IMG/VR virus record: IMGVR_UViG_3300010376_000047
Span: 1 to 48,651 of that record
DNA: 48,651 nt
Strand: one strand, 5' to 3'
From: a virus
Lineage: Duplodnaviria; Caudoviricetes
Position 1 is the first letter of the stretch. Every line of letters begins with the position of its first letter. The translations under genes were made by a program, and so were the position numbers. The notes beneath the pieces are model-generated. The model saw only the letters and a program-made list of their open reading frames with translations, had not been told where the DNA came from and made no database searches. Shown here piece by piece: positions 20,315-28,541 of the stretch.

Positions 20315-20523
20315 GCACGAATGAGCTAATCGCCCTATGCGTCGGCTTGATGTTTGTGCTCGCCTGCGTCGTCGTGGTCGGATCATTCTCCGACCGGAAA
20401 CATAGTCGTCAGATGCTGACGACTCTCATCAAAGCCGCGTACAACCGGGGTCTTGAAGATACCGCCGTGATCCCCGTACCCGAGGGATGGCCCGAGCCGC
20501 CTAGTCCCTCATCGCATAAGTGA
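20311..20523 (+). CDS. small single-TM membrane protein
   Basis: ATGA overlap; LIALCVGLMFVLACVVVVG TM segment. Confidence 0.6.
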   Translation: MSTNELIALCVGLMFVLACVVVVGSFSDRKHSRQMLTTLIKAAYNRGLEDTAVIPVPEGWPEPPSPSSHK

Positions 20524-21022
20524 GCCAGCGCATCTCGTTCTCCAAGTTGACTATCGCTGACCGGCCCCAGCGCTCGTCGTCATTCTGAACCGCAAAGGTG
20601 GCGACCTTGCGCAGTTCGTTCATGATCTGCGTCATGTGCTCGGGGATAAAGAGATTCCATTCAAGCTGAGCGCCAGTCCGCTGGATCTCGGCTGTCACCT
20701 GGAAGCGGGGATTCTTCTTTGTCCAGCTGACCAGGGATTGGGTCAGAGCCCAGCCGACCCGCTTGGATCTCTTCTTGTCAACGGCTAGCTCCTCATCGGT
20801 CGCGTCTCCGCCAAGACGGCGTGGAATCGAGCCGACGACGTAAACGATAGTCAAAGCATCCGTGATCCGGTCGATTTCGCTTGAAATCAGCGAATCCCGT
20901 GTAATAGCCTCCGGGATCTCTAAACCGGCGTCAAAGTACCGGCCGACGAAGCTGTACGCTGGTGTATACGGCGTTTCCAAGGCTCCGGAGGGTCTCGGGC
21001 TACCTTTAGGCGTGTCTTCCAC
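20501..21022 (-). CDS. hypothetical protein
   Basis: 173-aa ORF, last gene of the - strand operon. Confidence 0.65.
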   Translation of the reverse strand: MEDTPKGSPRPSGALETPYTPAYSFVGRYFDAGLEIPEAITRDSLISSEIDRITDALTIVYVVGSIPRRLGGDATDEELAVDKKRSKRVGWALTQSLVSWTKKNPRFQVTAEIQRTGAQLEWNLFIPEHMTQIMNELRKVATFAVQNDDERWGRSAIVNLENEMRWLTYAMRD

Positions 21023-21047
21023 TCTTACACCATCCTACAAAGCCGGA

Positions 21048-21251
21048 TTAGCCTTCGCCCGACTCTATTGAGTCGAACCTAGCCGGATCGGGCGGTTGAC
21101 CATGTTCCATAGTGTCCGCCCGCCGAAGGAGTGAACCCGGCTGATGACAAACCGGGCACTCCTCCGTCTGGATGAAGGTCATTACGCCGCACAGCGAAGT
21201 CTCGCAGGCGTACAGATCGTATGGCCTCGCTTTCTCGTGTAGTTGTGACAT
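21048..21251 (-). CDS. small Zn-ribbon protein
   Basis: CETSLC...CPVC. Confidence 0.6.
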   Translation of the reverse strand: MSQLHEKARPYDLYACETSLCGVMTFIQTEECPVCHQPGSLLRRADTMEHGQPPDPARFDSIESGEG

Positions 21252-21562
21252 CAGTATCCCGCCAACCTTTCTTGTAGGTCTTCGAGCCGGTGCTGCTGCT
21301 GTCTCGCCTTGAGCAGCCGAGTATGCGTGGCCTTGTTAGCGCGATCCTCCTTGCGCCGGTGTTCCAGCGCGACCAGGATTTTGCTCGCAGTCGCTTGCTG
21401 TACCGTGCAGTTGACTCCGTGCATGATCCGGTAGACCGTGCCCTGCCCAACCAGCGCGTACTCGGCTGCCTTGACCGGACTGCCACATCTGTCGATCAGT
21501 TCCTTGAGGTGAGGCCTGATCTTCGAGCAGTCAATAGTCGTTCGGTGGTACTTCTCGTACAC
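21251..21562 (-). CDS. HTH DNA-binding protein
   Basis: SPVKAAEYALVGQGTVYRIMHG HTH-like pattern. Confidence 0.65.
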   Translation of the reverse strand: MYEKYHRTTIDCSKIRPHLKELIDRCGSPVKAAEYALVGQGTVYRIMHGVNCTVQQATASKILVALEHRRKEDRANKATHTRLLKARQQQHRLEDLQERLAGY

Positions 21563-22468
21563 CTACTTCCTTTCAATCCGATGGTGGTCAGAACGGAACT
21601 GCCGGTTGTCCTCTTTGGCCCAGGCGAACGGACACTGGCCCTCGACCGACTCCCAGCCTTGGAACGTACAGGTGTGTTCGTAGCTTTCGTTTGCCGGCGT
21701 TTTCTCGCAGCTGATCTTGATGTATTTGTCCAGGAAGTCGTACTTGTGGACGAGGATCTCGCGGGCCATCCTCATGACCGTTACGATCTCCCACTGAAAC
21801 ATCGAGCAGCCTCGATAGGCGTACACGTTGATGAACTCGCGGAGCGGGTACTCCATCATGATGTAGTTCGTCGTACCCTCGGGCAAGATGTAGCGAGCGT
21901 CCTGATAGCTGACGTCCGCTTCGCACGCCGCGACGTACGCCTTGCGAGCCGACTCGATAGCATGCACCCAGAGACTGCGAACCTCATCAGGTGCGCGCCA
22001 GACCGACTCGGGCATCCGTAGTTCTGGCCCGTTACCGTAGAAGCTCGCCCGCATCGACTGCTGATGGAAGGCAGCCTTGCGGGTTCGAACGATCTGGTGA
22101 GTACAGGCGCGGCTAACGCCGCTCACTTCGAAGACGACGACCTGGGACTCCAGGGCGGTCTGTAGACCGCCCCGGAGCATTTCTTCCCAGTCCCTCGCGT
22201 CGTCGTCAGGCCCGATCAGGTTGATACCGATAGTGGCCCGCGTAGCCTTCGACAGCACCTTCTCAAACTCAGGGTTGAGACCTTGGACGATTCTGACGGT
22301 GATACCGTCGTCGCCAATCTGTAGGGTGTCGTTATCGGCCGGACTGACGTGCTTGCCGTCGTTCATCGAATGACGGTTGAAAGCCACGTCGCGGAGCAGC
22401 GCGGTCTCGCTACGGTCATTCCAGTCTCGGGATCCCGTATATGGATGATACACGCGAGGATGTTCCAT
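21563..22468 (-). CDS. thyX: ThyX-family flavin-dependent thymidylate synthase (variant RTR motif)
   Basis: FEVSGVSRACTHQIVRTRKAAFHQQSMR; QDARYILP; QWEI. Confidence 0.85.
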   Translation of the reverse strand: MEHPRVYHPYTGSRDWNDRSETALLRDVAFNRHSMNDGKHVSPADNDTLQIGDDGITVRIVQGLNPEFEKVLSKATRATIGINLIGPDDDARDWEEMLRGGLQTALESQVVVFEVSGVSRACTHQIVRTRKAAFHQQSMRASFYGNGPELRMPESVWRAPDEVRSLWVHAIESARKAYVAACEADVSYQDARYILPEGTTNYIMMEYPLREFINVYAYRGCSMFQWEIVTVMRMAREILVHKYDFLDKYIKISCEKTPANESYEHTCTFQGWESVEGQCPFAWAKEDNRQFRSDHHRIERK

Positions 22469-22469
22469 G

Positions 22470-22841
22470 CTACGCCCTTGCCTTAGAGTTGGCAGTCAGC
22501 TTGTCGAGGATCGCCTTGCCCGCCTCCGTCTTGACGCCAGGCGCGCTGGTCTTCAGCCCGGAAAGCACGGTTGCCTTCACCGAGAGTTCTGCCGGCTTGC
22601 CTGGAGATCGAGTCTCCTCACCGGAGAACGGGTTACGCACCATCGTGCCCTTTTTGACCGCCGCCTTCGCGCGGAACGAGAGCTTGAACCACGAACCGAC
22701 GTAGACGGTGTTGCCCTCGGCCAACTCCTCACCGACGATCTGGAAGAATGTCTCCAGCACAGTCTTGACATCCTTCTGGGAGATTTGCATCTCCTCGGAG
22801 ACTTCGCCAATCAGAAACGGCAACCTCACTTCCTCAGGCAT
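22470..22841 (-). CDS. HU/IHF-family DNA-binding protein
   Basis: ISQKDVKTVLE...LAEGNTV...RNPFSGEE. Confidence 0.85.
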   Translation of the reverse strand: MPEEVRLPFLIGEVSEEMQISQKDVKTVLETFFQIVGEELAEGNTVYVGSWFKLSFRAKAAVKKGTMVRNPFSGEETRSPGKPAELSVKATVLSGLKTSAPGVKTEAGKAILDKLTANSKARA

Positions 22842-22853
22842 TGCTCCCTCCTA

Positions 22854-23195
22854 TCAGAGTAACCCGCACAAGCGGGCGGATACAGGCCACGGGTACCAGC
22901 CCCGCGCTCGCTCGCCGTTCATTGCGGCTTGGATCTGCGCCCAGACGGGCCAATGATCCGCCGTGCCCCATCGCCGAAGGAACGTACCTCCATACGCTCG
23001 CATGAAGTCGTAGTCCATCTGGAATCCTCCATAGTAGCCGTAGCCACTGCTGTTCGGATCGTTCCAGTTTCCTTCGTGGGAATGAATGCACATTAGCCCG
23101 TTCTGGACGTACGAGTTGACTCGCGACGCCTTCGAACTGGCTGCCATGGTGAACGCTACGCATAGCGCAGCTAGGATGACGTGTACCTTTCTCAC
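22854..23195 (-). CDS. secreted Rpf-like lytic transglycosylase
   Basis: Signal/TM segment then CIHSHEG...YYGGFQM...QIQAA...GWYPWP; GTG start at 23195 after AGGAGG. Confidence 0.8.
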   Translation of the reverse strand: MRKVHVILAALCVAFTMAASSKASRVNSYVQNGLMCIHSHEGNWNDPNSSGYGYYGGFQMDYDFMRAYGGTFLRRWGTADHWPVWAQIQAAMNGERARGWYPWPVSARLCGLL

Positions 23196-23293
23196 AACCC
23201 TCCTGGGGTAGTTGACGGAACGAGTGGCCGCCCTTCCCTTGCCACACTTCACGCGCACCTTCTGATCGCATCATCATGCGCACCCTCTCGACG

Positions 23294-23419
23294 TTACTCG
23301 TCGTCGTCTGTCTCGTCGCCGCCGTCTTCCTGTTCGTCTTCCGGCAGCGTCGATCCAGGCTCTGGAGCCTCTTCCGAACCAACGTTGGTCTCCGGCTCCT
23401 CTTCCTTGGGATCTCCCAT
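23294..23419 (-). CDS. very acidic 41-aa peptide
   Basis: RBS GAGGAGG before ATG; MGDPKEEEPE...DETDDDE. Confidence 0.5.
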   Translation of the reverse strand: MGDPKEEEPETNVGSEEAPEPGSTLPEDEQEDGGDETDDDE

Positions 23420-23432
23420 GTTCCCTCCTCTC

Positions 23433-26400
23433 TCATGGTTGTAGTACCCAGATGTCGTTGACGTAGACTTCGCGAGCCGCACGCCACGACGGTTTGACTC
23501 CGCGCACCAAGACTATGTCCTCATTCAGCGCGATCTTCCAGAGGAGCTTCTTGAAGCGCGGATATTTCCAACGAGTGATCCGGATAGATAGCAGGTCGGT
23601 GCCGTCGTACCCCGCCATCAGCATCCACTCGTTGAGTTCAGGATGCTTGACCGTATCCGGATCAAGCTCCTCTCCCGTACGAGCGCGGTTGACTTCGAAG
23701 ATGTCACGCAGGTTGCGGTGTACGACTACTCCCAACCAGACGATCTCGACATCCTCGCCGCGCTCGTACGGAACTTCAACCGCCGTGTGATTCGGTATCG
23801 GCAGGTTCAACCTTGGAAGATCGTCGCGCACAGACTTGATCATTCGGTCTAGCTTCTCGATGCCGAACGGATCCTCAGCCGTCGCGTAGCTCACTAGCTT
23901 GTCGATAGTCTTCGGCCCGATGCCCTTGACGCGGATCAAGTCTGGCCAGTCAATCTCTCCCGGCGTCTCGTCGCGCCAGCCAATGATCTTGCCGGCCAGC
24001 GCCTCACCTACGCCGTCGATCTGATCGAAGCCAGGACGCAGACCGCGCCGACCGTCGCGCTTCCAAGTCATATCAGACTTCCGGAGATCGTATGGGAGGA
24101 TCCGGAAGCCATGCTGGATAGCGTCGCGCAGCATGATAACCTGTCCGTCGAGCTTCGCCTTGCTGGTGACGGTAGCCTTCGCGTTCGCGCTGCCGCCCGC
24201 GCCGCCGCCCTGGGCTGTCTTCTTATCAGCACGATGAAGCATCGCCGCGTAGAAGACGCCGGGATGATGACGCTTGAACCACATCGTCCACCAGCCTATG
24301 TATCCGTACGAGACCGAGTGCGCCGCGTTGAAGGCGTACGAGCCGCTGGTGGTGAGGTCTCCCCAGATGCTTCTGGCGAGTTCTTCATCGATGGGCGGGA
24401 AGTCGGTTCGTTCGTGGATGGTCTGGGCTCCTTCCCAGAAGCGTTCCCACTGACGGTTGAACTCCTGATCTCCGAGCTTCCGGCTGATGATCTTTCGGAT
24501 GTAGGCGGCGTGCGTCCAGTCGAACGCGCCGATCTCTCGTACAATCTGGAGGATTTGCTCCTGGTAGACAATCTGGAACTGGGTGAACCCGGTGATATGC
24601 TCAAGTGCAGGGTGGCGGAGATGAGGTTGTTTTTCTCCCCTCTTGATGTCCACGTAGTCAGCAACCGCTCCATTGTGGAGCGGGCCAGGTCGGGCGAGTG
24701 CGGTAACATGGCAAACTTCATTGAAATCGTCTGGTCGGACGGATCCATTGACCATGCGCATAGCTCGCCCCTCAAACTGAAATATTCCGACGACATCGTT
24801 CTCCTTGAACCCCCTGATTGTAGGCTCGTCCACTATCGGGATCTCGTATAGGAACGACGCCGGTTTGCTGATCATCTCACACATGCGTACGAGCGCGTCG
24901 AGCGCGGAGAGACCTAGCAGGTCAATCTTGAGCACGCCGAGGTATTCTGCGTCGTACTTGTCAATCGCGACTACCTGGATCATTCGCTTCTTCACTTCGC
25001 GCGAGAGAATCGCGGTCACATCCGTCATCGGCCCGTTAGAGATCGCAACGCCAGCCGCGTGAACTCCGAACGTCTTGACGTTTCCTTCCAGCGCGGTCGC
25101 ATCCATGATCTTCGGATGACGCTCGACTACGCCAGCCGCTTGTTCGAACTGCTCGATGGTGTCCTCAATCGTCGCGGACGCGCGCAGGTCGCCGGACGAC
25201 CGTTCCAGCAGGACATCCTTGATCTGGTCAACTTCGTACTTCGGGATCCGGTGGACGCGAGCTACGTCGTCTAGGGCCATTCTTGACTTGAAGGTCTGGA
25301 AGGTGCCGATCTGATTGACGCATTCTCGACCGTACTTGTCAACCAGATATTGCGTGATCTCCCAGCGCCTGGAGGATTCAAAGTCAAGATCGATGTCCGG
25401 GAGATCGAGTCGAGTGATGTCGATGAATCTTTCGAAGACGAGATGCGGGAAGAGCATCGGGTTGACTTCGGTGATGCGTAGTAGCCAACACACCAGACTC
25501 GCCGCCGCTGACCCGCGCGCAGGGCCAACTCCAATGTCCTGGTCTTTTGCAAATTGAACAGCGTCACTGACAATGAGAAAGTAATCGACAAAGTCTTTCT
25601 CCTCAATGATCGACATCTCGTATTTGAGACGTTCCGAGTACCGGCGGCGCTCGGCGCGGCTGAGCCGGTCGCAGGCCCGGAAGTGCCAGCCGCGCTTCAA
25701 CCACTCGCGGAACGTCTCGCTGCTCGTCGCGCCGTTGCGGTTCGGGTAGCGTACCATCGGCAGACGCGGTAGCTCGACGGTACAATCCTGTGCGAGTTCT
25801 TCAGTCATGAGGATCGCGTTGATAGCTTCCTGCTTGGTAAGCCCGGTCGCGATTAGCCGACGCATGATCGACACGTCCGTTGCCGGCGGACAAAGCTCCG
25901 CTGCATAGCCCCAGGACTTCGACAGATCCTCCGGGGTAGCCTTACCCCCGCTCCGGAGCGAGTGGAGAACCTTCTGTAGCTCATTCTCCGTCGGCAAAGT
26001 GTAGTGGCAATCTAGGGTAGCGACCATCGGCACACCCGTTTCCCGGCTAATCCGAGCCAGAAGTGGGTTAGCCCTGCAGGTAGATGCAAGCTCAGGAAAC
26101 GCTTGGACTTCGATGAAGTAGCGATCTCCAAATACCCGATGGAAGCGTTTAGCGACAGCCAAACCTCGGCCATAACTACCATCCTCAGGCGGTATCCCCT
26201 TACCTCCAACAAGCGAGCAAAATAGTAGGGATCCTTGACATCCAGATAGTGCCACAATCCCCTTGGAGTGCAAGCCCAACATTCGTCCGTCAACGGTTGG
26301 CTCATAGTAGAATCCCTCCATGTACGAGCGAGAGACCAAGCGCAGAAGGTTCTGGTACCCTATTTGATCTCGCGCTAGAAGTGTAAGGTGATTCTTCAGC

Positions 26401-26834
26401 TGAGACCGACGATCTGGGTCAATCTCCCCGGTGTAAAGCTCGATGCCAAAGATGGGTTTGATCCCGGTATCCTTAGCCGCCTGCTCGAACTTGACGTGCG
26501 ACATCACGTTTCCGTGTTCCGTTAGGGCGAGGGCGGATCCGTTGAGTTCGGAGATTCGTCTGACGTGAGCTTCGGGAAGCTGGAATCCGTCAAGGAACGA
26601 GTACGTGGAATGATGATGTAGCGACGCGAACCTGAGGGGTTTCGTAGTACCACGACGGTTGCGAGTACGTCTTTCCGACCGAACCAACGCCGGAGTATCT
26701 TCATGATCACACTCCTTCTTTTTGCCGAACGCGGATAGCTTGGCGTGATCAGGAGACTCGCCGCGTTGAATGCGCCCGCTGAATCCGAGCTTCGCTTTAC
26801 CTGGCGATTCGCCCCGCTGAATCTTTTCAGCCAC
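23433..26834 (-). CDS. dnaE: DNA polymerase III alpha subunit (DnaE-like)
   Basis: PHP domain (HHHSTYSFLDG, TEHG, DCHY), GPARGSAAAS, PDIDLDF, KIDLLG, YAFNAAH. Confidence 0.95.
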   Translation of the reverse strand: MAEKIQRGESPGKAKLGFSGRIQRGESPDHAKLSAFGKKKECDHEDTPALVRSERRTRNRRGTTKPLRFASLHHHSTYSFLDGFQLPEAHVRRISELNGSALALTEHGNVMSHVKFEQAAKDTGIKPIFGIELYTGEIDPDRRSQLKNHLTLLARDQIGYQNLLRLVSRSYMEGFYYEPTVDGRMLGLHSKGIVALSGCQGSLLFCSLVGGKGIPPEDGSYGRGLAVAKRFHRVFGDRYFIEVQAFPELASTCRANPLLARISRETGVPMVATLDCHYTLPTENELQKVLHSLRSGGKATPEDLSKSWGYAAELCPPATDVSIMRRLIATGLTKQEAINAILMTEELAQDCTVELPRLPMVRYPNRNGATSSETFREWLKRGWHFRACDRLSRAERRRYSERLKYEMSIIEEKDFVDYFLIVSDAVQFAKDQDIGVGPARGSAAASLVCWLLRITEVNPMLFPHLVFERFIDITRLDLPDIDLDFESSRRWEITQYLVDKYGRECVNQIGTFQTFKSRMALDDVARVHRIPKYEVDQIKDVLLERSSGDLRASATIEDTIEQFEQAAGVVERHPKIMDATALEGNVKTFGVHAAGVAISNGPMTDVTAILSREVKKRMIQVVAIDKYDAEYLGVLKIDLLGLSALDALVRMCEMISKPASFLYEIPIVDEPTIRGFKENDVVGIFQFEGRAMRMVNGSVRPDDFNEVCHVTALARPGPLHNGAVADYVDIKRGEKQPHLRHPALEHITGFTQFQIVYQEQILQIVREIGAFDWTHAAYIRKIISRKLGDQEFNRQWERFWEGAQTIHERTDFPPIDEELARSIWGDLTTSGSYAFNAAHSVSYGYIGWWTMWFKRHHPGVFYAAMLHRADKKTAQGGGAGGSANAKATVTSKAKLDGQVIMLRDAIQHGFRILPYDLRKSDMTWKRDGRRGLRPGFDQIDGVGEALAGKIIGWRDETPGEIDWPDLIRVKGIGPKTIDKLVSYATAEDPFGIEKLDRMIKSVRDDLPRLNLPIPNHTAVEVPYERGEDVEIVWLGVVVHRNLRDIFEVNRARTGEELDPDTVKHPELNEWMLMAGYDGTDLLSIRITRWKYPRFKKLLWKIALNEDIVLVRGVKPSWRAAREVYVNDIWVLQP

Positions 26835-27132
26835 TCATCCCCCTAGTGACCTGCTTGATGAAGAACGCTGCGTAGTTGATCAGGTCGAGCGCGTCTTCAA
26901 TCATGTCCTTCTCCAGCACACCGCGCTCGCCCTTGCTCTCGGACTCCTCGCGCTTCTTGTACGCGTGCTCCAGACGGGTGACCCGCTCGCGTAGCTCGCG
27001 CAGTTTGTCCGATGGCGGGAACTCCAGCCACATCTGGCCCCTAACCCTCGACTTCTCCAAGAAGATGGAGTTGGCCCGAGTGAATACCCGCTCGTGTTCC
27101 GTCGCGAAGTCTATCGTCTTTGATGTGGCCAT
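26827..27132 (-). CDS. Nmad1/DUF1599-like (MazG-fold) nucleotide-modification-associated protein
   Basis: IFLEKSRVRG...RL...IEDALDLINYAAF pattern. Confidence 0.6.
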   Translation of the reverse strand: MATSKTIDFATEHERVFTRANSIFLEKSRVRGQMWLEFPPSDKLRELRERVTRLEHAYKKREESESKGERGVLEKDMIEDALDLINYAAFFIKQVTRGMSG

Positions 27133-27772
27133 ACGTCTCCTTCCATTCGTCGATGACATTGCCGATGTTGCCGAGGATCGTCCCCATCGAGCTACGCCGC
27201 CAGTTCTGATGATGTTCGTTCCAGCGTGTCCCGATCAGGGTGGAGACTCGACGCCCTATGAGTTTGTCGGCTTCGTCGCACATATCGTTCAGATCATCGA
27301 TGACGGCGACGACGCGGCGCTCGTCCACGCGCTCCAGTAGCTTGGCGTATTTGTCGTCATCGAACAGCATGCCGTCGTACTCGGTCATTCCGTTCCGAGC
27401 GAGCCATTCTACCGTATCGGGGATGACCGTATCGAGCGACAGGTACGGGCGCGTCGTCGTGAGCCATAGCTCGGCGTCATGCTCGATGATAGTCATCAGC
27501 AGTTCTGGCGCTCCTTCGTAGACAGGCATACTGCGCTTCATCCCGCCCTGGCGGTACGCGAGCTTGATTGCCCGGAACTCCTCGGTGCCAACGAAGTTGT
27601 ACCTACCAAACCAGTACCGAAAGCCGCCAGCGCCGGTGTAGTCCCGCCGTAGCTCGCGACCGATCCATTGTTCGGCGAAGTTGATGAAGTGGCCGTGGTA
27701 GTCACCGAGCGTACCGTCGATGTCTACCGCGACGACCGGCCGTATGATCTCGCTGCATACGCTACAGTGCAT
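27041..27772 (-). CDS. HAD-superfamily 5'(3')-deoxyribonucleotidase-like phosphatase
   Basis: VAVDIDGTL motif I, TTRP, IDD. Confidence 0.8.
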   Translation of the reverse strand: MHCSVCSEIIRPVVAVDIDGTLGDYHGHFINFAEQWIGRELRRDYTGAGGFRYWFGRYNFVGTEEFRAIKLAYRQGGMKRSMPVYEGAPELLMTIIEHDAELWLTTTRPYLSLDTVIPDTVEWLARNGMTEYDGMLFDDDKYAKLLERVDERRVVAVIDDLNDMCDEADKLIGRRVSTLIGTRWNEHHQNWRRSSMGTILGNIGNVIDEWKETYGHIKDDRLRDGTRAGIHSGQLHLLGEVEG

Positions 27773-28541
27773 CCCGTACCTCCTCGTACGCATGATGGGT
27801 GAAGGCGTGCTTGTCCCATTTCCCGAACCGGCCCAGCCGGACGATCTCGGGATGACAGTTGCAAGTCGTACTGATCGGTTTCATCCCGCGACTAACGCGG
27901 ACGTTCTTGACCAGGATCTCGGTGGGTATGGAGAGAGGGATTTGGTTGGCTCCAAACTCCCACGATTCGTAGTAGTTGATCCGCGAGTACCGATACCAGG
28001 CTGGCGCTCCGTGGAATATCGCGCCGTTGTACCACATCTCGTTACCTGGGTTGTCAGTCGGGCCGTGTACCACGTCGATAGTGACGCGCCGGAACTCGTG
28101 GCGCCAGTCGAGACAAGTGACGGTAGCCGGGATGGTAGTGAATACGCGGTCGTACTCCTTGATCGTTTCGAAGACAGACTCTGGAGTGATGTCCGTATCC
28201 CAGATCAGGTGCGAGTACATCCCCCACAGCTTATGGTATGCCTTCTTCAGATCCCATCCCGGCGTCTTACCGCAGACGAACTTGTCCCAGCTGACCGGCG
28301 CTGCGGGGTCGTTGTAAACCTTCTCTGCGTATCCTTCGCGCGTTCCGTTCTTGAACACTTCGATGTACATCTCGGGCGAGTTGGGGCTGATTCCCGGAAT
28401 CGGCGCATGGAGGTACATAGCTCCGAACATCGGGCTCAGACGCTTGCGAGAGAAGATCGCCACGTTGTGGCCTAGCGTCGCGGCGGAATGCGCGGCTATC
28501 ATACCAGCTGGCCCGCATCCAAGGATTGCCACCTTCACCAC
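27762..28541 (-). CDS. FAD/NAD-binding oxidoreductase (UDP-galactopyranose mutase-like ends)
   Basis: VAILGCGPAG Rossmann motif; C-terminal LGRFGKW. Confidence 0.75.
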   Translation of the reverse strand: MVKVAILGCGPAGMIAAHSAATLGHNVAIFSRKRLSPMFGAMYLHAPIPGISPNSPEMYIEVFKNGTREGYAEKVYNDPAAPVSWDKFVCGKTPGWDLKKAYHKLWGMYSHLIWDTDITPESVFETIKEYDRVFTTIPATVTCLDWRHEFRRVTIDVVHGPTDNPGNEMWYNGAIFHGAPAWYRYSRINYYESWEFGANQIPLSIPTEILVKNVRVSRGMKPISTTCNCHPEIVRLGRFGKWDKHAFTHHAYEEVRDAL

